Shown: positions 38,539 to 50,351, counted from the first letter of the stretch. The stretch: DNA of 59,383 nucleotides from a virus (IMGVR_UViG_3300045950_000335:1-59383); one strand, 5' to 3'. The notes: a model not told the origin generated them from the sequence alone. A program made the numbers and translations.

Positions 38539-39198
38539 TCACACCTGTTGGTCAGGCGTCGGCGGATGGTCGTATGGGCTGGCTGAGCGCTCCCTTCTCC
38601 ATACGCTCCTGGAGCGATGCCGCGCTTTCACTTTGGCGAGCAGCGCATCGAGCTGGGAAGCGTAAGTCTGCGCGTCAGGCTGACGGTAGTGCGCCTTGGC
38701 GTTGGACAGCGCATGCAGGTACACCAATTCGGACGGCAGGCTCACGCGGTCGCCGTTGTTCACCAGCGGCGCCAAGGTCTTGATGTACTCGGTGCGGATG
38801 GTCAGCGTGTTTACCAGCGGAACCGGCCACACCTCGATCTGCTCTCGTCGTTCGTATTTCTGCGGAATGCTGCCTGCCGTCGTGCTGCGATCCGCGAAGC
38901 TGATACCTTCCGACAGCGGGTAGTAGATGCCGCCGTTCTTGATCCAGATGCCGATGATACGGTCTACGTTGCAGTCGGCCGGGTAGTCGTAATACTGCTG
39001 ATTCGTCCCGGTCTGCCGCTCGTCCGCCGCCTTCAGCTCCAGCCAGTCGAACTGCTCGTAGAGCTGTTCCTGCGCCGAGCGGATCATGGAATCGATCAAG
39101 CCGGAGTTCACCACCCCGGCCTGTCCGGCCATGCCGAACCCCAGCCTGGATTGAATGTCCGAGCGGATTTCGCCCAGCGTGCGTTTGAGCGGCAGCAT
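38539..39198 (-). CDS. Head-tail adaptor protein
   Basis: TLGEIRSDIQSRLG...IEVWPVP. Confidence 0.7.
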   Translation of the reverse strand: MLPLKRTLGEIRSDIQSRLGFGMAGQAGVVNSGLIDSMIRSAQEQLYEQFDWLELKAADERQTGTNQQYYDYPADCNVDRIIGIWIKNGGIYYPLSEGISFADRSTTAGSIPQKYERREQIEVWPVPLVNTLTIRTEYIKTLAPLVNNGDRVSLPSELVYLHALSNAKAHYRQPDAQTYASQLDALLAKVKARHRSRSVWRRERSASPYDHPPTPDQQV

Positions 39199-39203
39199 GT
39201 TGA

Positions 39204-39599
39204 TTATTGAGCCGCCTTGGCTTCTTCAATGGCCGCTTGCAGCTTGGCGACTCCCCAGTTAGCCTTGGCCGGGATGCCGAGCGCAATGGCCTCTTCCAGC
39301 AGCGTCGCCTTATCGGCCGGAGCAAACGCCGCCTCGAACTCTTCCAGGCTGCGCCATACCGATCGTGTCGGGTTGCGGTGTTCACTGTCTCCGATGTAAT
39401 ACTGTTCGAGACGCGCGAACTCGTCCGCGGTGTCGAACTCGGCCTCCTTGACCGGCGGTGCAATGTCGGTAAGGTGGATGTTCTCTTCGCCGTGTGCGGC
39501 GCGCAGCACCTCGACCTCGTGCGGGAACACGGTCAGCGGTGTCTTGTTGTCCTCGCCGCGCACCAGCAGCACCACTACATAGGGTTGTTTGACTTTCAA
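39204..39599 (-). CDS. Hypothetical protein after the capsid gene
   Basis: TTG start after AGGAG; C-terminal LGIPAKANWGVAKL. Confidence 0.55.
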   Translation of the reverse strand: MKVKQPYVVVLLVRGEDNKTPLTVFPHEVEVLRAAHGEENIHLTDIAPPVKEAEFDTADEFARLEQYYIGDSEHRNPTRSVWRSLEEFEAAFAPADKATLLEEAIALGIPAKANWGVAKLQAAIEEAKAAQ

Positions 39600-39660
39600 T
39601 TTGCTCTCCTTCGTCAGAAAAACGTCCGCCACGCCGGAGCATGGCGGACACATTCAACTA

Positions 39661-40707
39661 CTACGCGATGGACAGCACCGCGTTGCTGTTGCGTTTCGCA
39701 CAGCCAATACCGAACTTTGAAGTCATCGCGAAGTGGTAGGTGTACTGGTCGATGGGACGGCCCGGATAGCGCATGCGCATGAAGTCGTCTGCATCGCGGC
39801 GGAACTCAATGCTGTTTGCCAGGTTCAGCATGTAGCAGCGCTTGGACCATGGAATCGCCGGAGCGGCCAGGCCGAAGTTGGTATCGAAATCCGGCACGTA
39901 GGTCAGCGGGATACCGTCGAACTTCAGCGTGTCGGTCGCCATGTCAATGGACAATTTGGAGCCGCTGCCATAGGTGATCTGGGTCTGGTTGGACGCCAGC
40001 ACCGCATTGCGCAGGGCATCGTAGAAGTCCGATCCACAGAAGACATGGGTGAAGCGCCCCTTCTTGCGCTGGATGTTGCGCTTGGCTGTTTCCAGCGCAC
40101 CGAGCAGCGCGGCCTGCGTGGAGGCAAGAGCGGTTGCCGCATGGTTCTGCCACCAGGCGTTGCTGGCCGAGATGTTGCCAACGGTTCCTGCGGTCGGCGT
40201 CAGCGAGACGATGGCATCGATGCCGGGCTGCGCGTTGGTGTACTGCGAACCGTCCAGCCACAGCAGCGCGTGAACGTGGTCCTTCACACCCTCCTGCAGC
40301 GCGGTATGGTGCGACAGGATCATGTTGGTCAGCGCCACGGCCTCGCCCTTGGTGGCGGTGCTCTTGCCGGTGTCGTCGGTGACGGTGATGCCGGCGCGCT
40401 TCAGTTCGTCCTCGTTCAGCATGAAGCCGTCGTGGTGGTTCATCCAGTCGAACTTCGCCATGTCGTTCGGGTTGCGGCTGTTGTAGGTCACGCGGCCGTT
40501 GCCGGACCACAATTGGCCGTTGGCGTCGTTCGACTTGTAGACGTTGATGGTGAAGCCGTCCACGCCGCCCACGATGTCCTTTGCCTTTGGCAAAAGCGCA
40601 TCGAGCAGCGGGCGCTCGACGTTTATTTGATCTACGGGCTTGTTCTTCCCGTAAGCCGTGATGGCAACCTTGCCGATCTTGGCGATTTCTGCGGCGTTCA
40701 AGGCCAT
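39661..40707 (-). CDS. Major capsid protein
   Basis: 348 aa after the scaffold; strong RBS; LKFDGIPL...RNSNAVLSIA. Confidence 0.8.
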   Translation of the reverse strand: MALNAAEIAKIGKVAITAYGKNKPVDQINVERPLLDALLPKAKDIVGGVDGFTINVYKSNDANGQLWSGNGRVTYNSRNPNDMAKFDWMNHHDGFMLNEDELKRAGITVTDDTGKSTATKGEAVALTNMILSHHTALQEGVKDHVHALLWLDGSQYTNAQPGIDAIVSLTPTAGTVGNISASNAWWQNHAATALASTQAALLGALETAKRNIQRKKGRFTHVFCGSDFYDALRNAVLASNQTQITYGSGSKLSIDMATDTLKFDGIPLTYVPDFDTNFGLAAPAIPWSKRCYMLNLANSIEFRRDADDFMRMRYPGRPIDQYTYHFAMTSKFGIGCAKRNSNAVLSIA

Positions 40708-40804
40708 GATGATTCTCCTTTATCGAAAAAATAGGTTCAGTTTTCTCGGTCGGGCGAAACCATTTCACAGCCCTTGCGACTGGCGAGGCCGCATTCAGCC
40801 GGTG

Positions 40805-41017
40805 CTACTCGTTCTCCAGCCCCATTTCGCTGATGACAGCTTCCTGCGGGCTGGGAGACTTTCCCTGCAAAAGCTCCTTGGCTTTTGCCAGGGCGGCGTC
40901 GATGCTGCCGACGCCTTCCAGATAATCCTTCTCGCTTGCTTCGTCCTCCGGCGGGCAGATGCCAACCGAAAACAGACCGTCTTCGCCGATCTCGATTTCC
41001 ACGCAAATCTTTTCCAT
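40805..41017 (-). CDS. Small acidic hypothetical protein
   Basis: ORF fills the gap between scaffold and capsid genes. Confidence 0.5.
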   Translation of the reverse strand: MEKICVEIEIGEDGLFSVGICPPEDEASEKDYLEGVGSIDAALAKAKELLQGKSPSPQEAVISEMGLENE

Positions 41018-41028
41018 GCCCTATCCCC

Positions 41029-42072
41029 TTAATCCATCAAACCGAGTTCCTGCAACACTGCCTCGGTCGGGTTGCTCGGTGCCGGGCGCCCAACCGTATG
41101 CCCGGTTCCGCGCAACGGTGCCGGCGCGGCGCTGCGTTGCGCCTGCCCAGCCAGCGCCGCCTTCAGGCTGCGGTACTGCATCTCGATCACTCGCGGCCAC
41201 TGATCCGGCGGGAAATTGCGCGCCACGTCCTCCATCTGCGCCTGCAGGTGTGGCAGCAGCGCCTTGAAGTCCGGGTCGGTCTGCTCCCAGTTGGCCTGCA
41301 TCTGCTTCACCGATTCGACGGACTGCTGGATGGCCTGCTGATGCGCGGCGCTGAATTCCTGTTCCCGCCTGAGCTGCTGCGACTCGCGGCTCGCGCGCTC
41401 CTGAATCCTGCGGCTGCGCGCCAGCTCAAGTGCGGCCTGCTCGGTGATCTCAAGACCATCCACCTGCCGCTGCAGGTCGGGGAAGTCATCCAGCACGCTC
41501 GCTTGGATCGTGATACGCTTGCCGTGGGCGGCCTCGAACATCTTGATGGTGTTCGAAATGGCCATGCGCACCGCCTGCTCATCGCCTTCCTGCAGCGCCT
41601 TGCGAAAGGCTGAGAACTCCACCAGGTCTTCGGCAGCGGCGGCATCGTTGTAGCCAAGCTGTTTCAGCGACTCGAACGATTCCCTGTATCTTTGCGCCTC
41701 GGCGGAGGCCTCGTCCGCGCGCTGCTTCTCCTGCTTGTAGCCTTCCGTCACCTTGCGGAAGCGCTCGTTGGCGTTCTGGCTCTTGCTGTCCAGCGGCGCA
41801 AGGTCGGCCTCAGTCAGGCCGTCTGCCTTCTTCTCTTCCGGCTGTTTCTCTTCCGGCTGTTGTTCAGCAGGCTTGGTCTCCTGCTTGGTCTCCTGCCCGG
41901 TAGCTGATTCGGATTGCTTCTCGCCTTCCGCCACCGCATCGGCGATGCCGAGTTCTTCGAGCACCGCATCCTGCGGCGTCTCGGCTTCCGCTTCTCCGCC
42001 ATCAGGTGAACCGCCATCGGCTCCATCCTTGAGTTCGTCGAAGTATCCTGGCATTGCAAACAGCTTTTTCAT
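41029..42072 (-). CDS. Capsid scaffolding protein
   Basis: Acidic N-terminus, coiled coil; between portal and capsid. Confidence 0.7.
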   Translation of the reverse strand: MKKLFAMPGYFDELKDGADGGSPDGGEAEAETPQDAVLEELGIADAVAEGEKQSESATGQETKQETKPAEQQPEEKQPEEKKADGLTEADLAPLDSKSQNANERFRKVTEGYKQEKQRADEASAEAQRYRESFESLKQLGYNDAAAAEDLVEFSAFRKALQEGDEQAVRMAISNTIKMFEAAHGKRITIQASVLDDFPDLQRQVDGLEITEQAALELARSRRIQERASRESQQLRREQEFSAAHQQAIQQSVESVKQMQANWEQTDPDFKALLPHLQAQMEDVARNFPPDQWPRVIEMQYRSLKAALAGQAQRSAAPAPLRGTGHTVGRPAPSNPTEAVLQELGLMD

Positions 42073-42134
42073 CGGTCGGCACCTTGGTCATTCACGTGCG
42101 CCGACGGTAGCGCGACCGGATTTTTTCCATGCGA

Positions 42135-43943
42135 TTACGCTGTCGCAGCAGGCGCTGCGATGCCGAGCAATTCCTGCGCATCAAGCTTCTCGTCGAAGCG
42201 CTTGAGAGTTTCGTCCAGCAGCTTCACCACGGAATTTGCCTGACCCGCCATGCCCTGGGCGTTCAGCATGACGACCTTCTCCATCGCCTGCTGGATGATT
42301 GGCAGCAACCGAATCCACTGGTCACGCTCGCGCATCTTGTTCGGGCGCGACGTGGAACCGGCGCGGATGCCGATGTTGACCAACTCGAACATCTCTTTCT
42401 TGGTCAGCTCCGGCCATACCGCCGATTCCCCGAATCGCTGCGCGATTTGTGCGGCGGTCACGTTCTGCAGCAGGAGCTGTGCGCTGTAGATGGCAATGTC
42501 GGTGAGCCAGTCCTCGATCACGTCCAGCGCTTCGGAGGTGCGCGACTGCATGCCCATGCTCATGATCTCCGCCTCGGTCGCGGTCTTGGCCTTGTTGATC
42601 GCGCCGCGGCTGGCATCCTGCGTGTTGCCGACCATCTCGATGTCGCGCATGATGTCGCTGGTGTCGTACATCTGAGGGTTATAGGGTATTTCCGGCAGAT
42701 GGCCGAGCTGGTTCTGCAGCGGCGTGTTGGCGTCCATCGTCACACCGATCACGTCGGTGTTGATGCTGCGACCTGCGATCTTGGTCACTTCTTCGTCGGT
42801 GATGCCGGAAGCCTTGTTCAGCAAACGCACCGGGATGTTCTTCTTGCGGTGCTCGGACGCATTGGTGCGGCGCGTGTTGTACTCGTCCTGCAGCTCGATC
42901 AGTTGCTCGACCATGGACTTCGGGTACTTCTTTCCGTCCACCCGGCGCAGTTGCAGGCCGAAGAATGGATACCACTGCGCGCCCAGCGAATCAGGCGTGT
43001 ACGGCTCGCGCACATAAAAACTTGAGCCCTCGCACAGCGTGTATACCGTCAAGTCTGACATGCTCCAGACCTCGTAGACATGAACGATCTTGTCGTCATC
43101 GTCCATTTCTGCGGCGTCGCCTTCGGTGTTCCCCGTGTTAATGGTGTACTTCTTCGCCGACTTCGGCGGCTCCACGCCGAACTGCGACTTGAACGCGCCG
43201 ACCGTCATCTTGATGCGGTGCGCGATGGCCGACGCCTGCATGAACTCGTCGATGTCGCGGCACGAGGCATCCAGCACGATCACGTCGTCCGGCTGCAGCA
43301 CGTCAACCACCAGCCCCTCTGACACGACCACCTCGACCTGCCGATTCAGAGCCTCAACCTGCTGGTTAAGCTCGAACAGCTTGGCCTCATGCTCGGCGCA
43401 CTCGCCGCCTTCCGCGCCGGTCTCGGCGATCAGCGCCTTGATGCGCTCAATGTTGTCCTGGGTGTCGTTGATGCGGTTGCGGATCAGCGGGTCTTCCGAG
43501 CGCACCTTCTGGTACACCACCTTCACCCAGCCAACAGTCGCGGTCAGCGATGACCTGACGGCAGACTTCCCGCGCTGCTTGAGCTTGGCATCCTTGACCA
43601 GGTAGACGTTCATCGCAGCCTGCATGGTCTGCGCGAAGCCGCTGTATAGCGTGTATTGCTCGCGGCTCACGCGGTCGTCAGGCGTTACCGCGATCTCCGG
43701 TGCCTTGGCGTAGATTGCCGGCTGCACCGTCTCCAAGATAGAGCCGACGAGGTTGACGCGAACCTGCCCTCTTTCCCCGTCCTCGTTCGGGTTGCCGTCG
43801 GCATATTCGCGCGCCTTCTCCCACCCCTTGGCGCGCTCTTTCAGCTCCGATTCAAAGGCTTTGATGCGCTTGAGCAGGCGCTTGGCATGTGCCTGCTCTT
43901 CCTTTGGCGGCTCCGGCCTTACCTCGTCGGCTGCCTGCAGCAT
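42135..43943 (-). CDS. Portal protein
   Basis: 602 aa after terminase; KTATEAEI, GIRAGSTSRPN. Confidence 0.8.
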   Translation of the reverse strand: MLQAADEVRPEPPKEEQAHAKRLLKRIKAFESELKERAKGWEKAREYADGNPNEDGERGQVRVNLVGSILETVQPAIYAKAPEIAVTPDDRVSREQYTLYSGFAQTMQAAMNVYLVKDAKLKQRGKSAVRSSLTATVGWVKVVYQKVRSEDPLIRNRINDTQDNIERIKALIAETGAEGGECAEHEAKLFELNQQVEALNRQVEVVVSEGLVVDVLQPDDVIVLDASCRDIDEFMQASAIAHRIKMTVGAFKSQFGVEPPKSAKKYTINTGNTEGDAAEMDDDDKIVHVYEVWSMSDLTVYTLCEGSSFYVREPYTPDSLGAQWYPFFGLQLRRVDGKKYPKSMVEQLIELQDEYNTRRTNASEHRKKNIPVRLLNKASGITDEEVTKIAGRSINTDVIGVTMDANTPLQNQLGHLPEIPYNPQMYDTSDIMRDIEMVGNTQDASRGAINKAKTATEAEIMSMGMQSRTSEALDVIEDWLTDIAIYSAQLLLQNVTAAQIAQRFGESAVWPELTKKEMFELVNIGIRAGSTSRPNKMRERDQWIRLLPIIQQAMEKVVMLNAQGMAGQANSVVKLLDETLKRFDEKLDAQELLGIAAPAATA

Positions 43944-43946
43944 TGG

Positions 43947-44255
43947 TTAGATGTCGGACATGAAGGTGGCTTGCAGGTCGCCGCTGGTGTAGGCGGTGAT
44001 GTTCAGGCGAATCTTCTGCTTGAGCGTGATTTCCTGGATTGCGAGCGCCGGACCGGTGCGTGCGGTTGCGCCGGTCGCGGTCGCCCAGGTCGTGCCATCC
44101 TCAGAGGTCTCGATCACACCGGAACCGACGAACGCGCCGGACGGGGAATAGACCAGTGCGGGCACCTTCATTCCCGGCATGAAACCGGCTTCCTCGGTGT
44201 TGATCGTCGCTCCTGCGGCCAGAGCGGCCAATACTGCGGTCTGCTTGAGTTTCAT
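43947..44255 (-). CDS. Small beta-rich virion-associated protein
   Basis: RBS GGGAGA; IETSEDGTTW. Confidence 0.55.
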   Translation of the reverse strand: MKLKQTAVLAALAAGATINTEEAGFMPGMKVPALVYSPSGAFVGSGVIETSEDGTTWATATGATARTGPALAIQEITLKQKIRLNITAYTSGDLQATFMSDI

Positions 44256-44324
44256 GGGATTCTCCCGGACAAGTGTGCAAAATTGCACCGGAAGCGTAGC
44301 CATCTCACGGGCTACCCATGCGAT

Positions 44325-45722
44325 TTATCCTCGGTACGGAGAGCGCTCCTTGCGCTCAGTTGAATTCTGGTACACCCATTCGATGGTTCCTGGCGCTGCC
44401 GCCTTCCTCTTCTGTCCGCTCTGCCGGGAGAATGGGCGCGACATGCAGGCATAGCGCCAGTCATCGGCCGCGTGATCCTCCATCTCGCTGTCCAGGTCTT
44501 CCTGGTTGTGCCCGTCATGCTGCAGCAGCGGGATGGTGCGTATAGAGTCCAAGCAGGTATCGAAGGTGTAGATCATCGGCTCGTCATCGATGCCAACGAA
44601 ACGCTGGCGCATCTGGTCCCATCCGTTGATGCGGTTGTTGTCCGCCTGCTTGAATCTGGCGCCGGACTTCGCCAGGCGTTCTGCGATGCTGGGGCCTCCG
44701 TCAACCTTCCAGCACGACGGGTCGGCAACGCCATAGGCGATGCTTTCCCCTTTCTCGCGCTTGACGATGCCTGCGCCGACTTCTTCAGCAGTCAGTTTCA
44801 GGCCGACGTTCGGCTCAGAAGCACCATACCATTCACGGTATCGCACCAGCGCGTTCTTCGGGATATGCAGCCCGCCGTCGCTGATCGCCCACCATCCGAC
44901 AGAGAACGGCTTGGCCGAACCCCAGTCGAACGACCTGAACCTAGTCCAATTAGCCGGAATTTGGAATGGCTTAATGACATGCCGACCCTTATCCCAGCAA
45001 TCGAAGAACGCCCCGGCCACAATGTCCCAGTCTCCGTCCAGCCACGCCTTTACCAGCTCGGCCGAGCCGGACGATTTCAGCAGCGCGATGTACTGTTTGT
45101 TGTCTCGCAGATATTTGTTGTCCGTCACCTTGGACGGGATAAACACCCGCGTCAGACCCGTTTCCGGATCGGTGAACGGATGGTAAGGCGGCGCCACGTC
45201 GATGAATCGCGACTTAACCCAGATATGGCCACGACCTCCAGGGTTTCCCGATGCCCGAATACGGCCGTGCACACCGTGCGCCGAGCGCAAGCAAGCCTTC
45301 AGCTTGTTGTACCCGTATGGCGTCGCGTGATTGGTCAGCTCGTCGAATCCGATCCAGGTGTACTGATGGCCCTGGTATCCGTCTGCATCGCGTTCGTGCT
45401 CCAGATAGCGCATCTTGAGCGTGGCACCGGATAAAAAATACCAGCAGTTCGAGAACGGATATTCCGCGCTGGCCTGCGTTTTGTACACCGCGCCCAGCGG
45501 AGGGTACAGCTCGCGCGCCCTGATTTGGAGCTCCTCAAGCTCGTTGTAGGTCTTGCGGAAGATAATGCCGCGCCAGATTCTTCCCAGCCTCACATCCTGC
45601 AGGTAGTCTCCAAGCAGGTAATCAGACTTGCCACCGCCACGCGCGCCGCCGAAAAACAGCTCGTCAACGAACTGCGCGGTGATCGCGCTACTTTGCGGAC
45701 CCGGCTGCGGTTCCCAAACCAT
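44325..45722 (-). CDS. Terminase large subunit
   Basis: GGARGGGKS, IGFDELT, ASGNPGG, SFDWG, EDHAADDWRY. Confidence 0.93.
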   Translation of the reverse strand: MVWEPQPGPQSSAITAQFVDELFFGGARGGGKSDYLLGDYLQDVRLGRIWRGIIFRKTYNELEELQIRARELYPPLGAVYKTQASAEYPFSNCWYFLSGATLKMRYLEHERDADGYQGHQYTWIGFDELTNHATPYGYNKLKACLRSAHGVHGRIRASGNPGGRGHIWVKSRFIDVAPPYHPFTDPETGLTRVFIPSKVTDNKYLRDNKQYIALLKSSGSAELVKAWLDGDWDIVAGAFFDCWDKGRHVIKPFQIPANWTRFRSFDWGSAKPFSVGWWAISDGGLHIPKNALVRYREWYGASEPNVGLKLTAEEVGAGIVKREKGESIAYGVADPSCWKVDGGPSIAERLAKSGARFKQADNNRINGWDQMRQRFVGIDDEPMIYTFDTCLDSIRTIPLLQHDGHNQEDLDSEMEDHAADDWRYACMSRPFSRQSGQKRKAAAPGTIEWVYQNSTERKERSPYRG

Positions 45723-46137
45723 GAGACTTCAACCACTCTTCCTTCGTCAACTTCGGGGCTTCGCGCACTTCCTGCGTGATGGTGCCGCTATGATTCGTCT
45801 CGGTCTTCTCGACCATCAGCCCTAGCATCTTGGCCTTGGCAATCGTCGCGGCCGTTGCCGCAGCCGCCTGCGGAGTCAGCGCAGACAGCGCAATATTCCT
45901 GTTCTCGTCCAGCTCCCTAATGATGTCATCCACTGTGATCTCATTGCGCTCTTGTGCCTGCTTCTGCAATTCCACAAGAGCGCTTTTTACCTTTACATTC
46001 CTTAACAGCCTTGATGCTTGCTGCTCTGCTGTCCTCTGGCTGAAACCGGCACGAATAGCGGCTTGCTTGCCGTTGTAGTCTTTAACATATTCGCTGACGA
46101 AAGCGGCCTGCTTCGGTGTCAACTTCTTCTCGCTCAT
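45688..46137 (-). CDS. Terminase small subunit
   Basis: LTPKQAAFVSEY..DYNGKQAAIRAGFS. Confidence 0.93.
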   Translation of the reverse strand: MSEKKLTPKQAAFVSEYVKDYNGKQAAIRAGFSQRTAEQQASRLLRNVKVKSALVELQKQAQERNEITVDDIIRELDENRNIALSALTPQAAAATAATIAKAKMLGLMVEKTETNHSGTITQEVREAPKLTKEEWLKSHGLGTAAGSAK

Positions 46138-46400
46138 ACCTCCTCCGCAGCCTCCACCGGCATGCTCACGCCGAACACCTTCACGTAATCCAGCCTCTTG
46201 AACAGATGCACCCGGTTATGCCCGTCAATTCTCGCCCTGGCCTTCTTCACGATTCCGCGCTCTTCCATGCCGAGCAGCGCACACAGTGCCGTCTTTACCG
46301 GCAATTCGCAGCGTGCCGCGATGGCCGCCACCGGCTGCCAAGTGTTAAGCAGCTCTCCATGAACCTTCATCTCAACCTCTGACAGCCTGTTCTTGTTCAT
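46134..46400 (-). CDS. Winged-helix hypothetical protein
   Basis: IAARCELPVKTALCALLGMEERGIV. Confidence 0.5.
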   Translation of the reverse strand: MNKNRLSEVEMKVHGELLNTWQPVAAIAARCELPVKTALCALLGMEERGIVKKARARIDGHNRVHLFKRLDYVKVFGVSMPVEAAEEV

Positions 46401-46771
46401 TCTCCCCCCGGTTGCTTGCTTATCCTCACCTCTACCGCCCCGCCCATCACTGGAACGTCAGACACGAACGGATGCGACACGAACCGCTTATCATCCACGC
46501 CCAGAGCATCGGCAATCCCGTCCCGGTACGACTTGAACGATGCCAGGCAGTTGTCGTCATCCGGCAAACGTCTGGTCTTTGGCCTGAACGTGATCCACAA
46601 ATGGATGCGCCCCGCATATTCGGCAAACGTCTGCTTGTTAAGGCCAGCCTCTCGCGCTGCATAGAATCCGGCCGCTCGCGCCTTCTTTGCCGATCCGGCC
46701 TTCTTTGCCCAATGAGTCCTGGCATTCGGAGAAAGCGCCTTGTCCGGCCACGGAAGAACGATGGTCGTCAT
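46397..46771 (-). CDS. RusA-like Holliday junction resolvase
   Basis: LPWP..LSPN; PDDDNCLASFK...DGIADALGVDD. Confidence 0.8.
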   Translation of the reverse strand: MTTIVLPWPDKALSPNARTHWAKKAGSAKKARAAGFYAAREAGLNKQTFAEYAGRIHLWITFRPKTRRLPDDDNCLASFKSYRDGIADALGVDDKRFVSHPFVSDVPVMGGAVEVRISKQPGGE

Positions 46772-46928
46772 ACTCCATCCCTATCCTTGCACCGCTCCGG
46801 CCTGTCCACCTGCCCCGCCTCCCGGTTTGTCCCGAACTTGATGCGCTTCAACAAACAACCCCAACTGGTGAAATACACTGGCGGCTTCGTCACCACACGG
46901 AAGGCATGATGCTTGCAGCCTTGGCATA

Positions 46929-47306
46929 TCACGCCGCCAACCTTGCCGCCATCCGCGTTGCCGTGCGCGCAATCGCCACATTCGGCTGGAGCTCGAACCA
47001 TCCAAGCAACAGATTCGCGCTCGCCTCCATCGCGGCATAGCGCAGCTCGGTGCATTGGTACTCGGCCGCATGGATTTCGTCGCACAACCGGCGCACCGAT
47101 CCGCAATGCGTATGGATATGCGCCGCCTTCGTCAGCTTCTCGCACAACTCGGCCAGCACGTACAGATCGACCAGGTGCCGCTGGTTCGCCACGTTATGCT
47201 CCAGCGCCAGCAGCGCCGCATGCGCGTCCAGCGCGTAGCGGTTACGCTTCACGCCCAGCGGCATCACCGCGAGCGTGCTGTGCTTCTTTCCGCGCTTCCG
47301 GCTCAT
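46929..47306 (-). CDS. Hypothetical protein
   Basis: Coupled nin-like operon. Confidence 0.55.
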   Translation of the reverse strand: MSRKRGKKHSTLAVMPLGVKRNRYALDAHAALLALEHNVANQRHLVDLYVLAELCEKLTKAAHIHTHCGSVRRLCDEIHAAEYQCTELRYAAMEASANLLLGWFELQPNVAIARTATRMAARLAA

Positions 47307-47623
47307 TTCAGCACCACCAATCCGACATCGATCCAGAATTGCTGTGTCCGCTGAACCCCCTGCCGGTGCATCAGCTCGATCTCGTCGCGGGTGAACTGCT
47401 TGGACTTCGTGCGTCCGTCGATTAGGTCATGGCACGAACTGCAGCAGAACGCGCCGAACAGGTCGCTGGTCTTGGTTCCCATGCCGCCGCCGTTGAGGTG
47501 CGACAGCACCACCGTTGCATGGTCGTGATTGCAGACGCCGGGGATGCGCACCAGGCACGGCTGGCCGCGAGCGCTGTCGCGCAGGTCGCGGGATTCGTGG
47601 CGGCGCTGCTTCTGCAGGTTCAT
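47303..47623 (-). CDS. DUF1364-like Zn/HNH-type protein
   Basis: ARGQPCLVRIPGVCN...TVVLSH...CSSCHD. Confidence 0.75.
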   Translation of the reverse strand: MNLQKQRRHESRDLRDSARGQPCLVRIPGVCNHDHATVVLSHLNGGGMGTKTSDLFGAFCCSSCHDLIDGRTKSKQFTRDEIELMHRQGVQRTQQFWIDVGLVVLK

Positions 47624-48000
47624 GCCGTCACACTCCACCCGCATTCCGGGCACTTGCTGCAGTCAATCAGTCGCCCTGGCCCGCCCGGCGACACCGTGCA
47701 GACTTCACCCAGGTCCCGTGATCCGGTGAATGTCTGCGCGATGGCTTGGCCTGGCTGCATGTCCGCGCCGCACTTCTTGCATTGCTGGATGCCCAGCGCC
47801 TGCTTCAATTTCAGCAAGGTGCAGTTCGCCCCATCCGCAAGATGTCCGTTCTCGTCCAGCGTCCGCTGGATCGCGGCGCGCAGCCGGTCTATCTCGCCCA
47901 GTAGCGCAGCGCGCTCGTAGCTCTCGGTGCCGCGCTGGTTCACATAGCGCGGATTCACGCGCTGGCGGATGTCGGCTTCAAATTCTGGTGTCAGTCTCAT
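47620..48000 (-). CDS. Hypothetical protein with C-terminal zinc ribbon
   Basis: CKKCG...CPECG. Confidence 0.55.
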   Translation of the reverse strand: MRLTPEFEADIRQRVNPRYVNQRGTESYERAALLGEIDRLRAAIQRTLDENGHLADGANCTLLKLKQALGIQQCKKCGADMQPGQAIAQTFTGSRDLGEVCTVSPGGPGRLIDCSKCPECGWSVTA

Positions 48001-48464
48001 GCTTCCCCCACAAACGATTCGGCCATCTGTTCAATCTGCTCCGGCGTCAACGTCAGCCAGTACCGCTCCGCTATCAGTCGGCAGATAGCGCGCGCGACTT
48101 CGTGATATTCCCCTTCATCCATCGAATCGAACGCCAGACTGCGCGGGATCACTTGAACGACCATGCCGTAGCCAGGAACCAGAATGCCGATCTCTTCGCA
48201 GGCGATGCGCCCCTCCATTTGGAGGCGCTTGATCGCGGTATGCGCATCCAAACCGGCGAATGCCTCGATGTTCGCCGTGACAAGCTGGCCGATGCGATGC
48301 ACCAGCCGGTTGAATCGCGGGTTGCGCAGCTTCACCAGCGTCGCGGCGATGACATCGCCGGGCTTGTAGTTCTTCTCCTTCAGGCGTGATGCGGCGTACT
48401 GGTCGGCCGGTATCAGGCCGCGATCATTCACCCGGAAGTAGATGCGCTCTTTCCTTGCAGTCAT
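47997..48464 (-). CDS. NinB/DUF1367-like protein
   Basis: RNPRFNR...PRSLAFDSMDE. Confidence 0.6.
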   Translation of the reverse strand: MTARKERIYFRVNDRGLIPADQYAASRLKEKNYKPGDVIAATLVKLRNPRFNRLVHRIGQLVTANIEAFAGLDAHTAIKRLQMEGRIACEEIGILVPGYGMVVQVIPRSLAFDSMDEGEYHEVARAICRLIAERYWLTLTPEQIEQMAESFVGEA

Positions 48465-49110
48465 GCTGCGTTCCTTTGCTCAACCAATCGCAGCGATGTT
48501 TGCGCAGCAAGATCGCCTGCGCGCGATATTTGCAACATTTGCTTTTCAACGCCGCCAAGCATCACGCGATGTGCAGCATCCTTGTCTCCAATCAACATGG
48601 GCTTGGCAACCTTCTGGCCTTGCTGACGATTGTTTGCTCCAGCCAGGCCGATCAGCACCGGGGGGTATTCCGGTCGCTCATTGCGAGCCTTGAACCCGCG
48701 ATAACGGTTCTCGAATTCACGCGCCACGAACGGCCACTCGTCCTCGCTTTTTTGTCCGAGCGCGATCCATCCGCCCATGTCATGCAGCACTCGATGAATC
48801 AGCGGGTCGTCAAAGGCCACGTCCTCCCATGTGCCGACGTGGCGCACGGCCTTATCCACCTTGGCCCATGCAGTCAGCGCGGCATCCTGCGTCGATCCTT
48901 GCAGCATCCGCACGATGTCTGCCGGCTTTGGCATGAACTGGCCGGCGTCTGGATTCATCACATGCCGATTGAGCGCCTGAGACACCGCCGAGAAGTCGAA
49001 CGGACGCATCGCTTCCCACCAGACTGACAGCGCGAATTTGCTCACGTCTCGCTGATAGAATCCATGCACATCGGCCATCAACTGACGGAACTGATCGTAG
49101 TCAGAAACGA

Positions 49111-49114
<4 letters not shown>
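48461..49114 (-). CDS. Replication accessory protein (helicase loader/inhibitor-like)
   Basis: FMPKPADI...AWAKV...FDDPLIH...MGGW; follows the initiator. Confidence 0.65.
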
Positions 49115-50051
<937 letters not shown>

Positions 50052-50055
<4 letters not shown>

Positions 50056-50351
50056 GAGAACAGAGCTTTCTGAATTGGCGGAATCGCCACCGGCCTGATC
50101 GTGATGCCACTGATCCTATCCTTTCGCCGCGAGGCCTCTACCAGCTCCTTCGTATCGTTCAGCAATTCATTGATTCGTGCGCTCACCGTGGACTTCTGCA
50201 ATGTGAGTGCCTGAGCCAACTCTCCGATGCTCCAGTCACCTCCGCGCGCCTTGATGAATGCCAAGATGCGATTGCGCTGCTGTGCCGATTTGCCCGTCAT
50301 TTGGTGAATGAGTAGGGAATCGCGGGAGGTTTCACGAACATTCGTCTGCAT
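50052..50351 (-). CDS. HTH protein
   Basis: SIGELAQALTLQKSTVSARINEL. Confidence 0.7.
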